64,000 nucleotides of DNA from assembly GCF_006345805.1 (NCBI RefSeq), contig NC_043012.1:56916001-56980000 (forward strand). Direction: 5' to 3'. Source of the stretch: Octopus sinensis. Taxonomy: Eukaryota. A program made the position numbers and the translations under genes. The notes beneath the pieces were generated by a model. It saw only the letters and a list, made by a program, of their open reading frames with translations. It ran no database searches and was not told where the DNA came from. Positions 39,285-48,549 of this stretch are shown here, piece by piece (position 1 is the first letter of the stretch; each line of letters begins with the position of its first letter).

Positions 39285-40547
39285 GAAATGAAGAAAATGC
39301 TGACAAAATAATTTAAGTAAGGGAGAGTGTATCTAATTAGGTGAAAGTTCTTTTTACCGGTTGCGCATTTGTTATGCTTATCAAAAGATATATTTTTAAG
39401 AGAGATAGAGTTCCTTTCTGATAGATTTTTTTCTCTTATCAGATAAAAGGAACTCTATCTCTCTTAAAAATATATCTTTTGATAAGCATAACAAATGCGC
39501 AACCGGTAAAAAGAACTTTCACCTAATTAAATACACTCTCCCTTACTTAAATTATTTTGTCAGCATTTTCTTCATTTCCTTTTTTTATATATCACAACTC
39601 GTGTTCCACATCTCCTTTTTTAAATATATATATATATATATATATAATAAATATTAGGGAATAAATCCAAATTTACAGGGAAAAAATCAGATTTAGGATT
39701 AAATCCAATTTTATAGTAAAATATTATAAAATATTATTAGAGACAAAACCACTATTTTGCAAAACAAACAAGGAAAGACTTAATCAAAACATAAAATTTT
39801 AATAAATAGTCAAAAAAACCGCCACTACAATCGTTTCTTGTCTTGATCGACAATCTTCAGGTGGACTTCCAATAAGTCATTTGAAACTGACTTATTGGAA
39901 GTCCACCTGAAGATTGTCGATCAAGACAAGAAACGATTGTAGTGGCGGTTTTTTTGACTATTTATTAAAATTTTATGTTTTGATTAAGTCTTTCCTTGTT
40001 TGTTTTGCAAAATAGTGGTTTTGTCTCTAATAATATTTTCACATACCCCCTACCCATTCTAAGTACCCCGGATCCCCAAAGTACCCGGATCCCCAAAGTA
40101 CCCGGATCCCCAAAGTACCCCGGACCTCGTTGCCCCCGTGCCGCTGACACGTTAAAATGCTCGAACCGATCGTGACGATGCCGGACTCTCCGGCCCCTGT
40201 GCAGGTGGCACGTAAAAAGCACCCAATCCACTCACGGAGTGGTTGGCGTTAGGAAGGGCATCCAGCCGTAGAAACTCTGCCAGATTCAGACTGGAGCCTG
40301 GTGCGGCCCCTGGCTTCCCAGACCCGGTCAAACTGTCCAACCCGTGCTAGCGCGGAAAGCGGACGTTAAACGATGATGATGATGATGATGATATATATAT
40401 CCTTGGTAAATTCATGTTGTCATGGATTACCATGATGAACTTACCAAGGATATTTATATACAAACTTTAAATTTTCTTACAAAGTCTATCTGCATAAATC
40501 AAAACCAGTCATGGATTACTGAGATGAACTTACCAAGGATATATATA

Positions 40548-40590
<43 letters not shown>

Positions 40591-42932
40591 AACTTTAAAT
40601 TTTCTTACCAAAGTCTACCTGCATAAATCTAAACCAGTAAATTTTAATCTATTTTTCAAAAATACTTTCTCATATATTTTTCTAATTTTAAAACAACATT
40701 CGATATATTATAAAAACTTTATCTCCTCCATCTTTGACGGGCGGAAGTATTGTCTATCAATGTGTATCAACAACGGATTCCATTATAATCACAATACTTT
40801 CATGAAACGATCGTTAGATGCATTAATTAACAAATTTTTAAACTGTCACGTTTCATATATTTACATTTATTTTTAATACAATACTATTTTAGACATATAT
40901 ATCTTTGTGAGAAATTTTTTTGATATTAAATTTCATGCTATTATTTCAAAATGCAGTATATATAATCACTCGTATTAATGTCTAAATACTTTATAGTATT
41001 AATATTTTTGACATTTTATACAAAGAGCACTCTTATAAATTCAGTGTATAATATTCTAACAGAATATATATATGGCATGTAAAAAGCACCAACCGTTCGT
41101 GGCTGTTGCCAGCCTATCCTGGCACCTGTGCCGGTGGCACGTTAAAAGCACCATCCATACGTGGCCGATGCTAGTGCTGCCTTGACTGGCTTCCGTGTCG
41201 GTGGCATGTAAAAACCACCAACCGATCGTGGCCATTGCCAGCCTACCCTGGCACCTGTACCGGTGGCATGTAAAAAGCACCCACTACACTCACGGAGTGG
41301 TTGGCATTAGGAAGGGCATCCAGCTGTAGAAACACTGCCAGATCAGACTGGAGCCTGGTGCAGCCTCCTGGCTTCCAGACCCCAGTCGAACCGTCCAACT
41401 CATGCTAGCATGGAAAACGGACGTTAAACGATGATGATGATTTATAAAACAAACAAACGGAAGGAAGCATTAGTATCACATTCCTTGGTTATAACTTTTG
41501 GCAACATAAATGTCAGATCAATCATTTAACAAGTTGGAAAACATGAATATAAACAATGATTGTGGTTTTACTGTTTCAGTTACCACAAAACCCATATTTT
41601 GTTGAAATGGCCATCACCAAGCAATAAATGCTTGTTATTGTATGCTTCATGACTAAAAACTGAATGGATTTTCAGTTCATATCTAAACACTTGCTTCTAC
41701 TGAAGCATTAGTTCTTTCTATATGCTCTGTTAACTTTCATTTACTGTGAGGGAGCATGGCTTTGTGGTTAGAGTGTTTGGCTCACAATCGTGTGGCTGTG
41801 AGTTCGACTCCTGATGGCACATTTTGTCCTTGATCGAGACACTTTACTTCAGGTTGCCCCAGTCCAGTCAGCTGGCAAAAATGAATAGTACCTGTATTTC
41901 AAAGGGCCAACTTTGTCACATTCTGTGACATGCTGAATCTCCCTGAGAACTACTTTAAGGGTATGTGTGTCTGTGGAGTGCTCAGCCACTTGCACATTAA
42001 TTTCATGAGCAGGCCGTTCCATTGAACTAATCAACTGGAATGATTATTGTTGTAACCATCAGTGTCAGTTTTATGTTTTTCATTTGCTGTATATGCACAC
42101 ACACACACACACACACACTCTATACAGACCATTCTATTCCTGTATATTTGTTTCTACATAAGTCCTACGCCTGCTCTCTTCCGGCAGATTTATGACTTTG
42201 CATGTTGGTTGCTGTTATTGTTATTTATCATCAGGTAATAATCAACAGCCATCAATGAAACAAATCATCGTTTATAATAATAATGAAATTATTGTATACA
42301 GTGCTCAGGTGCACCACAACTTGTCAGAAAGTGCATATAAAGTACATGCAGTAATGTAGAAATGTCTGGAAAGTGAACAGTGTATGAGTCAGATACATGC
42401 TTGTGTGTGTATGGAGGGGAGAAAATCAGGTGTAGTGTTGGCGAATCTCAGGAAGCATGGAAGTTTTGAAGGATGCAGTGCTCCGACAACTAACAACCGA
42501 TGCTGGCAGTTTGTTCCATGCTTCAGCAACTCTCAGCGTGAAAAAATGTTTCCTGAAGTCATGGGAGCTGTGCTGTTTTCTTACTTTGTAAATATGTCCA
42601 CGGGTGTTAGATGGGTGGAGTTTGAAGAGGTGCTCAGCGTTATTGTTTGTGCGATGGTTGATAATTTTATGGGTGTCTGCCAAGTGAGCTGCCAGACGTC
42701 GGATTTCATATTATGCCTTTTTGCATTGTTGAAGTAAATGAAATGAAATTGTACTCGATGGATTAATCAATTAAAATTTTGAATCTCTTAACAGGAAATT
42801 GATGGTCAAGCTCTTCTTCTATTGACTCTACCCACTGTCCAGGACCACCTTGCCCTGAAATTAGGACCAGCTATTAAATTGTGCCATCACATTGAAAGGG
42901 TGAAGATTGTGTTTTACAAATGCTACGCTTGA
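664..42932 (+). CDS. SFMBT1: Scm-like with four MBT domains protein (SFMBT1/2 orthologue), 13 coding exons in window, 5' end upstream of window
   Basis: Exons 664-904, 4132-4220, 8486-8726, 14214-14311, 16914-17169, 20258-20346, 24237-24517, 26958-27028, 28020-28257, 30484-30659, 33596-34050, 39042-39203, 42795-42932. All are GT-AG with compatible phases; total 2535 nt = 844 aa + stop. Motifs [69 protein letters not shown] and [33 protein letters not shown] match vertebrate SFMBT1 from memory. Confidence 0.97.
1850..3440 (+). mobile_element. 5'-truncated, decayed RTE-clade LINE (RT C-terminus plus 3' UTR and (GAT)n tail)
   Basis: Frameshifted ORFs: [78 protein letters not shown] (RTE signature). 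Tail ...catggaagatggacattaaac..gatgatgat. Confidence 0.88.
4132..4220 (+). CDS. SFMBT1: SFMBT exon: [30 protein letters not shown]
   Basis: ttttatcAG acceptor, GTATGT donor; phase 1 to 0; MBT arm motif W..FL..SL.GA..AP. Confidence 0.93.
4733..4952. mobile_element. Fold-back inverted repeat (arms about 88 bp) derived from a Penelope-like 3' end
   Basis: 4733-4821 is the reverse complement of 4865-4952 with a few mismatches. The translation [17 protein letters not shown] resembles the RNE...RNK(W/F)K C-terminus of Penelope ORFs. Ends in (TA)n. Confidence 0.6.
7124..7375 (+). mobile_element. SINE-like element with RTE-LINE-derived 3' tail and (GAT)n end (family C)
   Basis: gagtggttgg.gttaggaagggcatccagc...catggaaagcggatgctaaatgatgatg is shared with the tail of the RTE fragment. 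Further copies near 7823-8275(-), 14570-14892, 38040-38550, 40140-40392, 41070-41421. Confidence 0.75.
7406..7625. mobile_element. piggyBac-type MITE (CCCTTT...AAAGGG termini, TTAA target)
   Basis: TTAA|CCCTTT ... AAAGGG|TTAG; homologous copies at 22663-23010, 33258-33455, 45907-46098. Confidence 0.75.
8486..8726 (+). CDS. SFMBT1: SFMBT exon (MBT2 core): [20 protein letters not shown]...YSPPK
   Basis: ttttgtAG acceptor, GTAAGA donor; phase 0 to 1; [16 protein letters not shown] motif. Confidence 0.95.
9135..9325 (-). mobile_element. Short non-autonomous Helitron/DINE-like element
   Basis: Minus strand: TATAAACGGCAAAATGTCTGTCTG start with (GTCT)/(GT) microsatellite, TGAC-T6-GTCA hairpin and terminal CTAG followed by T. 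Confidence 0.55.
9334..10491 (+). mobile_element. Non-autonomous Helitron
   Basis: A|TCTCTTATTATAAAAGG 5' end; 3' hairpin CCCGAGCAACGCCGGG (10464-10479) 8 nt before terminal CTAG|T. Confidence 0.8.
11195..11605 (-). mobile_element. CR1-group LINE 3' fragment
   Basis: Same sequence family as 32828-33165 and 42285-42710, which translate to [29 protein letters not shown] (CR1 RT C-terminus); (ATT)n tail. Confidence 0.8.
14214..14311 (+). CDS. SFMBT1: SFMBT exon: [33 protein letters not shown]
   Basis: tttttgcAG acceptor, GTGAGA donor; phase 1 to 0. Absent from the ORF track. Confidence 0.92.
14898..15116 (+). mobile_element. tRNA-derived SINE family A
   Basis: ggcggcgagctggcagaa...gttctgagttcaaattc (B-box-like)...ccccttgtgggtagtaaagaaa. 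Copies near 23175-23405(-), 46561-47300 (tandem pieces), 54318-54790 (2 copies), 58690-59126(-), 63667-64000(-). Confidence 0.8.
16914..17169 (+). CDS. SFMBT1: SFMBT exon (MBT3 core): [21 protein letters not shown]...LKKPA
   Basis: ttttaccAG acceptor, GTTAAA donor; phase 0 to 1. Confidence 0.95.
17222..17670 (+). mobile_element. tRNA-derived SINE family B with central (TA)/(TG) microsatellite
   Basis: tggctgtgtggt.agaagcttgcttccc..ggttc..gtcccactg head; gtcaaatgactgaaacaggtaaaag end. Copies near 4975-5240, 10510-10810(-), 15671-16020(-), 29225-29470(-), 34265-34570(-), 44633-45045, 53225-53644, 58305-58625. Confidence 0.8.
20258..20346 (+). CDS. SFMBT1: SFMBT exon: [30 protein letters not shown]
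   Basis: tctctacAG acceptor; FDWAEYL...AAP..CF motif; donor GTAAAG at 20347. An in-phase weaker GT at 20338 is possible. Confidence 0.9.
20651..21088 (-). repeat. Minisatellite of 6 units (about 68-76 bp) derived from the family B SINE head
   Basis: Unit ttacccaaggtactgtgttgtgggatagaacttgggaccttgttgtggtgaagtgaacatcata..cagcc repeats 6 times and resembles the reverse complement of the SINE head. Confidence 0.85.
21791..22193 (+). mobile_element. Non-autonomous Helitron-like element
   Basis: 3' hairpin CCGG-GTGAAA-CCGG (22167-22180) then CTAG|T at 22190-22193; embedded in (TA)n. The 5' end is approximate. Confidence 0.65.
22663..23010. mobile_element. Composite piggyBac-type MITE (partial copy plus full copy) with TTAA on both sides
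   Basis: TTAA 22659-22662, CCCTTTT; second TTAA|CCCTTTT at 22787-22797; AAAGGG|TTAA at 23005-23014. Confidence 0.75.
23765..24050 (+). mobile_element. CR1-group LINE 3' fragment (second family)
   Basis: [39 protein letters not shown] matches the CR1 RT C-terminal RGH..KL...FS.RV...WN.LP motif; ttaac repeats at the tail. Confidence 0.8.
24237..24517 (+). CDS. SFMBT1: SFMBT exon (MBT4 core): [18 protein letters not shown]...VAVVQP
   Basis: ctgtttAG acceptor, GTAAGT donor; phase 0 to 2. Absent from the plus-strand ORF track. Confidence 0.95.
26443..26646 (+). mobile_element. 5'-truncated tRNA-headed SINE-like/Penelope-like element with hammerhead tail, bounded by a 16-bp inverted repeat
   Basis: TTCGATTCC B-box remnant, (AAT)n, body gaaaaataccttaggaatgagaac, HHR, tail. 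TACATTATTTACATTC (26443-26458) is the reverse complement of GAATGTAAATAATGTA (26631-26646). Confidence 0.65.
26553..26598 (+). ncRNA. Minimal type I hammerhead ribozyme motif (sense to SFMBT pre-mRNA)
   Basis: GACAC-CTGAAGA-A-GGCTGG(AAGGTGTA)TCAGCC-GAAA-C-GTT/GTGTT: stem I 5 bp, stem II 6 bp, AACGTT palindrome; extra A after A9; predicted cleavage after 26593. Confidence 0.75.
26958..27028 (+). CDS. SFMBT1: SFMBT 71-nt linker exon: (E)[23 protein letters not shown]
   Basis: ttttattgtAG acceptor, GTAAAT donor. It is the only candidate found that bridges phase 2 (24517) to phase 1 (28020). Confidence 0.8.
27541..27835 (+). mobile_element. tRNA-derived SINE family D (V-domain-like core)
   Basis: gtggaggtgcaatggcccagtggttagg..ggtttcgattccc head; gcgatggactggcatcccgtccag resembles the V-SINE central domain. 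Copies at 35690-35957(-), 47865-48157(-). Confidence 0.7.
28020..28257 (+). CDS. SFMBT1: SFMBT exon (SLED/DUF3588): [20 protein letters not shown]...VLKAK
   Basis: ccctacAG acceptor, GTAATT donor; phase 1 to 2. Confidence 0.95.
30484..30659 (+). CDS. SFMBT1: SFMBT exon (SLED): [15 protein letters not shown]...QLTKTKY
   Basis: tttatttAG acceptor, GTAAGT donor; phase 2 to 1. Confidence 0.95.
32828..33165 (-). mobile_element. CR1-group LINE 3' fragment
   Basis: ORF 32888-33148: [40 protein letters not shown]. Confidence 0.85.
33258..33455. mobile_element. piggyBac-type MITE
   Basis: TTGA|CCCTTT...AAAGGG|TTAA; homologous to 7406-7625. Confidence 0.72.
33596..34050 (+). CDS. SFMBT1: SFMBT exon: basic NLS-like and low-complexity linker [21 protein letters not shown]...ALPIT
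   Basis: atttccAG acceptor, GTAAGT donor; phase 1 to 0. Confidence 0.93.
36463..36502 (-). ncRNA. Candidate minimal type I hammerhead motif
   Basis: Minus: CCA-CTGAAGA-AGTGC(AGT)GCATT-GAAA-TC(CTGT)GA-TC/TGG. Core complete, 5-bp stem II, 2-bp stem III, only 3-bp stem I. Confidence 0.45.
36671..36887. mobile_element. Rearranged copy of the tRNA-head/hammerhead-tail element
   Basis: 36671-36775 is inverted head+(AAT/AAC)n+body; 36777-36796 is a head start ggggcatatggcgtagtgg; 36797-36887 is the HHR tail (5' of core lost, CATT at the cleavage site), homologous to 26559-26646. Confidence 0.65.
39042..39203 (+). CDS. SFMBT1: SFMBT exon (SAM N-half): PISPKEE...[30 protein letters not shown]
   Basis: tttatgcAG acceptor, GTAAAA donor; phase 0 to 0. 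Confidence 0.93.
39284..39579. repeat. Long inverted repeat, 134-bp arms (1 mismatch), 28-nt spacer
   Basis: 39284-39417 is the reverse complement of 39446-39579; the spacer holds a further CTGATA/TATCAG stem. Starts 80 nt after the SAM exon donor. Confidence 0.93.
39822..39864 (-). ncRNA. Minimal type I hammerhead ribozyme (left arm)
   Basis: Exact reverse complement of 39903-39945. Confidence 0.8.
39903..39945 (+). ncRNA. Minimal type I hammerhead ribozyme (right arm, sense to SFMBT pre-mRNA)
   Basis: CCAC-CTGAAGA-TTGTC(GATCAA)GACAA-GAAA-C(GATT)G-TA/GTGG: intact core, 4-bp stem I, 5-bp stem II, pseudo-palindromic CGATTG; predicted cleavage after 39941. Confidence 0.8.
40061..40125 (+). 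repeat. GC-rich 17/18-bp minisatellite (AAGTACCCGGATCCCCA, about 3.7 units)
   Basis: Visible direct repeats just after the right arm of the 152-bp inverted repeat. Confidence 0.9.
42285..42710 (-). mobile_element. CR1-group LINE 3' fragment
   Basis: ORF 42426-42683: [42 protein letters not shown]. Confidence 0.85.
42795..42932 (+). CDS. SFMBT1: SFMBT terminal exon (SAM C-half): [45 protein letters not shown]
   Basis: ctcttaacAG acceptor; TGA at 42930-42932. Confidence 0.96.
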   Translation, partial: EIDGQALLLLTLPTVQDHLALKLGPAIKLCHHIERVKIVFYKCYA

Positions 42933-43380
42933 TTTCTGTCTAAAGCCGTTGAGGAATCAGAACACAGAAGGAACTGTTTCTACTGGGTCAGCTGGCTTGT
43001 GGGTCAGCTGGCTGGTGGACTGGCTGGCTGGCTGGTGGGCAGGTCAGCTGGCAGATTGCTAGATTGGTTGGCTGTAGCAAGCCTTTGATAAAAGAAAAAT
43101 AGGGTAAAAGAAGCCAAAAAGACAAGACCAAAAGAAAGAGAAAAAAAAAAAAAAGCAGATGGATTCAGCAGAATATGCTTACTTTTGTTCCACAGTGTAT
43201 GTTGTTGTTGTTATTATTGAGGATGCACAGTGGAAATTTTAGAATGATGGAAGTGGATTGGATTGGAGTATGATGATTATGATGACGATGCCGATGATGT
43301 TATTCTACTGAGTTGTGATCAAATGCAAAAAAAAAAAAAAGAAAACCCCCCAAAAAACAAAGCAAAACAAACACTTCTTG

Positions 43381-43413
<33 letters not shown>

Positions 43414-43429
43414 AAAAATAAACAGCAAC

Positions 43430-43670
43430 AAAAATGTCATGACCATCTTTCATCAATGCCAGCAGCACTGTCGTAATCTTCACACCAGCATCCATCACTA
43501 CCACCACCACCACCACCACTACCACAACCATTATTATTATTATCGGACATTGTCAACATCATCACCATTTTCATCTCTGTCGTCACCATTATTGTCACTA
43601 TCATCATCATCATCGTCACCATCATTATCATCATCATCATCATCATCATCCTTATGTTGTTATTGTTATT
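43430..43670 (+). repeat. Mixed trinucleotide tract (ACC/ATT/ATC)n in the putative SFMBT 3' UTR
   Basis: Runs of accaccacc, attattatt, catcatcat. Confidence 0.85.
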
Positions 43671-43887
43671 CACATAGTAACAAAATGTAATGAATTGGTT
43701 TCCTCCACTTCTGTTTATTTATTTATTTAAATTTTTTCCTTTTGTTTTTTTTTTTATTTGGTTCTCTCAAGCAATGACATTTTCAAAAACATTATTATTA
43801 TTATTATTATTATAGCGCATTATATATGTATATATATTTATGTATATATGTCGACTGGATACTTCCAGTTATAAAAGACCATTATTC

Positions 43888-43893
43888 AATAAA
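43888..43893 (+). promoter_or_regulatory. Candidate polyadenylation signal for SFMBT (AATAAA)
   Basis: AATAAA about 950 nt after the stop, at the end of a TE-free, UTR-like tract; no transcript evidence. Confidence 0.35.
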
Positions 43894-44106
43894 GTACTCA
43901 ATACTTGTTGAGATGTAGTTTGTATATGTATGGCAGTGTGTGTGTGTTTGGAATATTTATCTTGCAGATGAGCTCATCCATTTCAGTTCACTCTCTCAAC
44001 CTCATCAACAGCAGGGTACCACATATTGCTGTTGATTAGGTTTTGAATATGAACTGATGCTGGTGAGCACATCTTGAGGGAAAATTATATTTTGTATATG
44101 CATGTG

Positions 44107-44151
<45 letters not shown>

Positions 44152-44805
44152 TGTATTGATATGTATGTGTGTATTTGTTTGCATCTGATTTTTATGTGTG
44201 TGTACATATGTTTATATGTGTGTTGCTTATATATACATAGGTATGTATATAAACATGTATGTATATTTGTGTATATGTTATATATATATATGTTTATTAG
44301 TATGAATGTGTTTATAAATATATGTTTCTTACTCTTGGATTCACATATTCAAATGAGTATAACTGGGTAAAAGAAACACCTTGGGTATCATACCTACTTC
44401 CTATCCTGTTTTGGGAGCTAATTAATGTAAATACCCACTTAACCTTTTTGGCTCTGGAACATCACACAGGACATCTGAAGGAAGAGAGGGTGGCACATAC
44501 CCAACCCAGAGTTATAATCTAGACTTATTTATGGCATCTGTGCTTCATTTGTCATATCATGGATACCCATGCACGTATGTATGTATGTGTGTGTGTACAC
44601 ATGGATATATGTGTGTGTGTGTGTATATATGACATGGCTGTGTGGCAAAAAGCTTGCTTCTCAATCACATGGTTCTGAGTTCAGTCCCATTACATGACAC
44701 CTTGGGCAACTATCTTCTACTATAGCCTTAGGCCAACCAAAGCCTTGTGAGTGGATTTGATAGATGAGAACTGAAAGAAGCCCATTGTGTGTATGTATGT
44801 ATGTG

Positions 44806-44836
<31 letters not shown>

Positions 44837-45121
44837 CCATGTATCTGTTTGTCCCCACCACCACCACTTGAGAACCAGTGTTGGTGTATTTACCTCCCCA
44901 CAACTTAATAGTTTGGCAGAAAGAGACCGACAGAATAAGTACTAGGCTTCAAACAATAAGTCCCAGGGTCGATTTGTTCGACTAAAACACTTCAAGGCAG
45001 TGTCCCAGCATGGCCACAGTCAAATGATTGAAACAAGTAAAAGATAAGACTTGGTAGTATGCATATATATATATATATATAAATAAATAAAAGAGAACAA
45101 AAGTGTATGTATGCCACTATA

Positions 45122-45270
45122 TATATAATACAAAATAGGACAAGAACGCAAAACATCCGGGCAACTAGGTGATACAAAAAACGGGGCACCAAAACATCCA
45201 GATAGACTCCCATTTTGTATCACCTAGTTGTCCGGATGTTTTACGTTCTTGTCCCATTTTGTATTATATA
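45122..45270. mobile_element. Fold-back MITE with about 58-bp imperfect TIRs inserted in TA
   Basis: tatataatacaaaataggacaagaacgcaaaacatccgggcaactaggtgatacaaaa ... ttttgtatcacctagttgtccggatgttttacgttcttgtcccattttgtattatata. Confidence 0.75.
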
Positions 45271-45906
45271 TGTGTTTGTGTGCATAAATTAAGTTTGTGT
45301 CGGGCATTAAATGAACTACACACCTCTTTCTTACAAGGCTGCTGCCCAGATTTACTAGTAAGGTAACTATACATATCAACAAAATTTGGTTTTATATATC
45401 ATAATACCAGTCAGGAAGAGAAATCACACGGCAGTGCTTGAGTAGTCATGGAAAAAAAATACAAAAAGAAAAACAGCAGCTGGTTGTGTAACGAATATAA
45501 TGTCCTGAAGTTTGCTCTGCAGTACCAGTGATAGTCACAGCTGGGTTGGTAGGATTTTAATATATCAATGAACATGTAGTAAGCAATGTAGTATAAAATA
45601 TTTTGGCTAATATTCAGTGTATTTATGGTACTATTTTAATAGAAATTTAAATTTGTGTTTCAGTTTTTGCCTTTTTTTTAAATCTTGAATTAATGGAAGT
45701 TTTGGGATTAATTCTTTGCTTGTCCAAAATAGTTCAAGTTTGGTCTAACATCCAAGCATGTTATTAGACCTTTGTTAATGTGGAGGCGTGCCGCTTAATG
45801 GTTAGAGTATTTGGCTCACGATTCCTAGCGGCACGTTGTGTCTTTGAGCAGGACACTTTATTTCATGTTGCTCCAGTACACACAGCTGGCAGTTCTTGTA
45901 ATTTAA

Positions 45907-46098
45907 CCCTTTTGTTACCATATTTCTGCTGTAGTACAAATGTCTTGTTTTCATAAGTTCTGAATTAAAATCTTCCACCAAACCTTAGTCACAATTTATG
46001 TTGAATGATAACCAAGTTATTTTACTAAAATCTTTGTTATATTTAAAGTAACTGAAAGAAACACAGAGCATCTCAAAATAAATACAGTAACGAAAGGG
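45907..46098. mobile_element. piggyBac-type MITE
   Basis: TTAA|CCCTTTT...AAAGGG|TTTA; homologous to 7406-7625. Confidence 0.72.
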
Positions 46099-48167
46099 TT
46101 TAAACACTCTTAAGATATATTCTCTTCTTGATATTTATATTCTCTAGTGTAACATCCTAAACTTATTCTCAATAATTTTACAACAAAAATAATTATTACT
46201 TTTGTGTTATTTTTAATTCTGTGGTTTTTAAATTTACATAAATAATTCACAGGAGTTTCCTCACTTTCAAGAAGGCAATATGGGGACTCTGTAAATTCGT
46301 GTTGGATTTTTATTAATTTCTTTCATGTTGAGAAGTGGGTGGGGCCAATATAGTTAATATAGTTATATTGAAATATTTTTGTGTAAAGAAGAAATTTAGC
46401 TTCAAAAATTTTGATTTTTTTCCACAAAATGATAATTCATTAAAACGTATGTTAATATTATGGTTATCAGGCCCAGGTTAAAGAGCACTGTATGTATTTT
46501 GGTAGAAACTGTAAAGCACCAGAGTAAAATGTCTTATATTTAAATTTTATTCTTTGTCTGAAGGCGGCGAGCTGGCAGAAATGTTAGCACGCCGGGCGAA
46601 ATGCTTAGCAGTATTTTGTCTGCCGTTACGTTCTGAGTTCAAATTCCACCGAGTTCGACTTTGCCTTTCATCCTTTTGGGGTCGATTAAATAAGTATCGG
46701 TTACACACTGGGGTCGATATAATCGACTTAATTCATTTTTTCTGTCCTTGTTTGTCCTCTCTGTGTTTAGCCCCTTGTGGGTAGTAAAAAAATAGAAATG
46801 TGTATTTCATCTGCCGCTACGTTCTGATTTCAAATTCTGCCATGGTCGACTTTGCCTTTCATCCTTTCGTGGTCGATTAAATAAGTACCAGTTACGCAGT
46901 GAGGTCGATATAATCAACTTAATCCATTTGTCCTCTCTGTGTTTAGCCCCTTGTGGATAGTAAAGAAATAGGTATTTCATCGGCCTTTATTTTCTGAGTT
47001 CAAATTCCAACGAGGTTGATTTTGCCTTTCATCCTTTTGGGGGTCGATAAATTAAGTACCAGTTGCATACAGGGTTAAGCTAATCAACTGGCCCTCTCCC
47101 ACAAAAATTTTGGGCCTTGTACCTAGAGTAGAAAAGAATTGTTAGCATGTTGAGCAAAATTCTGAGTTCAAATTCCATTGAGGTAAACTTTTCCTTTCAT
47201 CTTTTCAGGATTGATAAAATAACTATCAGCTTATTTCATCAGCTGAGCACTGACGGGGTCAATGTAATAGACTTACCCCTTGTCGCTGTGCAGAAATTTG
47301 AAACCAATTTCATTCTCTGTTAGGGCTCTGAGTTCAAATCCTGTTAATTCTGATTTTGCTTTTTGTTCCTCCTGGGTGGCATGAGGAGAAAAATATGTAT
47401 TAGCATTATACTGATGTGAACATGTTCTACTAGTTAAAGTGTTTGGCTCATAATCCTAACGTCATGGGTTCAATTCCTGCATCAAGTAGCACATTATGTA
47501 TGTGAGCCAGGCACTGTATTTCATATTACTCCAGTCTACTTATCTGAAAATGTGTACTGGCCAAGTTGCTGGTGTAATTCTCTCTCTCTCTCTCTCTCTC
47601 TCTGCTATTATGCACTAGGTGAGCTGTGGGGTCAAAGGACAAGAGAGTGAAGATGGGTTTCTGTGTCTGCTTGTGAATACACAGGTAATGTAAAGCAATT
47701 AGCGAAAGCATGGCACACATTGCTGAGCCATACTTGTTTGCAGTTTATGGCTGGATTTGACAGAACCTCTACAGGCCCACTCTATTATAAAGATTGCCTT
47801 TGTGCCTAGTCAAAACATTGTCATTGAGCCAATGTGTGTGTGTGTGTATGTATGTATGTATATATATATCACTGTGACCGACCAGGCTTTCAGATGTTGC
47901 TACACATCGCTGGTCACAATGCGCTTCGCATTGTTTTAGCCTTCAAATGACGCCACCCTGCTGGCTAAGTGAGCAGGCCAACAGAAGAAAGAGTGAGAGA
48001 AAGTGGCGAAAGAGTACAGCAGGGATCACCACCAACCCCTGTTGGAGCTTTAGGAGTTTTTGCTCAATAAACACTCACAACTTCTGGTCTGGGAATCGAA
48101 ACCACGACCCTACGACCACGATTCCGGTGCCCTAACCACTGGGCCATTGCGCCTCCACATGTATGTA

Positions 48168-48219
<52 letters not shown>

Positions 48220-48221
<2 letters not shown>

Positions 48222-48549
48222 GACCCCCTTCAGTCACGACACTGACCATGGGATTGCACCTAGAAAGTTACCCTCCCAGGCACAAGTCCGGGCAAGGTTG
48301 TTTATGGAAGACCAGCAGTCGCCCATGCATACTGGCCTCCCCTCTCCACACCACAAGTGTTATCAAGGGAAAAGCAAAAGGGCCGATACAGCTTGGCACC
48401 TGTGACATCGCAACTCATTTTTACAGCTGATTGAACTGGAGCAACATGAAATAAAGTGTCTTGCTCAAGAACACAACACACAGCCTGGTCCGGGATTCAA
48501 GCTCACAACCTCACGATCGTAAGCTCGATGCTCTAACCACTGAGCCATA
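48220..48549 (-). mobile_element. tRNA-derived SINE family E
   Basis: Minus: atggctcagtggttagagc..gaatcccgg head, then ttgagcaagacactttatttcatgttgctccagtt core. Related pieces near 17695, 25770, 41750, 45780. Confidence 0.7.

Larger units (their letters stand above)
39728..40039. mobile_element. Perfect 152-bp inverted repeat (8-nt spacer) of a Penelope-like end carrying two divergent hammerheads
   Basis: 39728-39879 is the reverse complement of 39888-40039. The left arm continues to about 39645 with sequence homologous to about 9000-9120 and ends in (TA)n. Confidence 0.9.

Noticed and set aside
43319-43690. Poly-Met/His/Val ORFs
   Set aside because: Trinucleotide repeats in the putative SFMBT 3' UTR.
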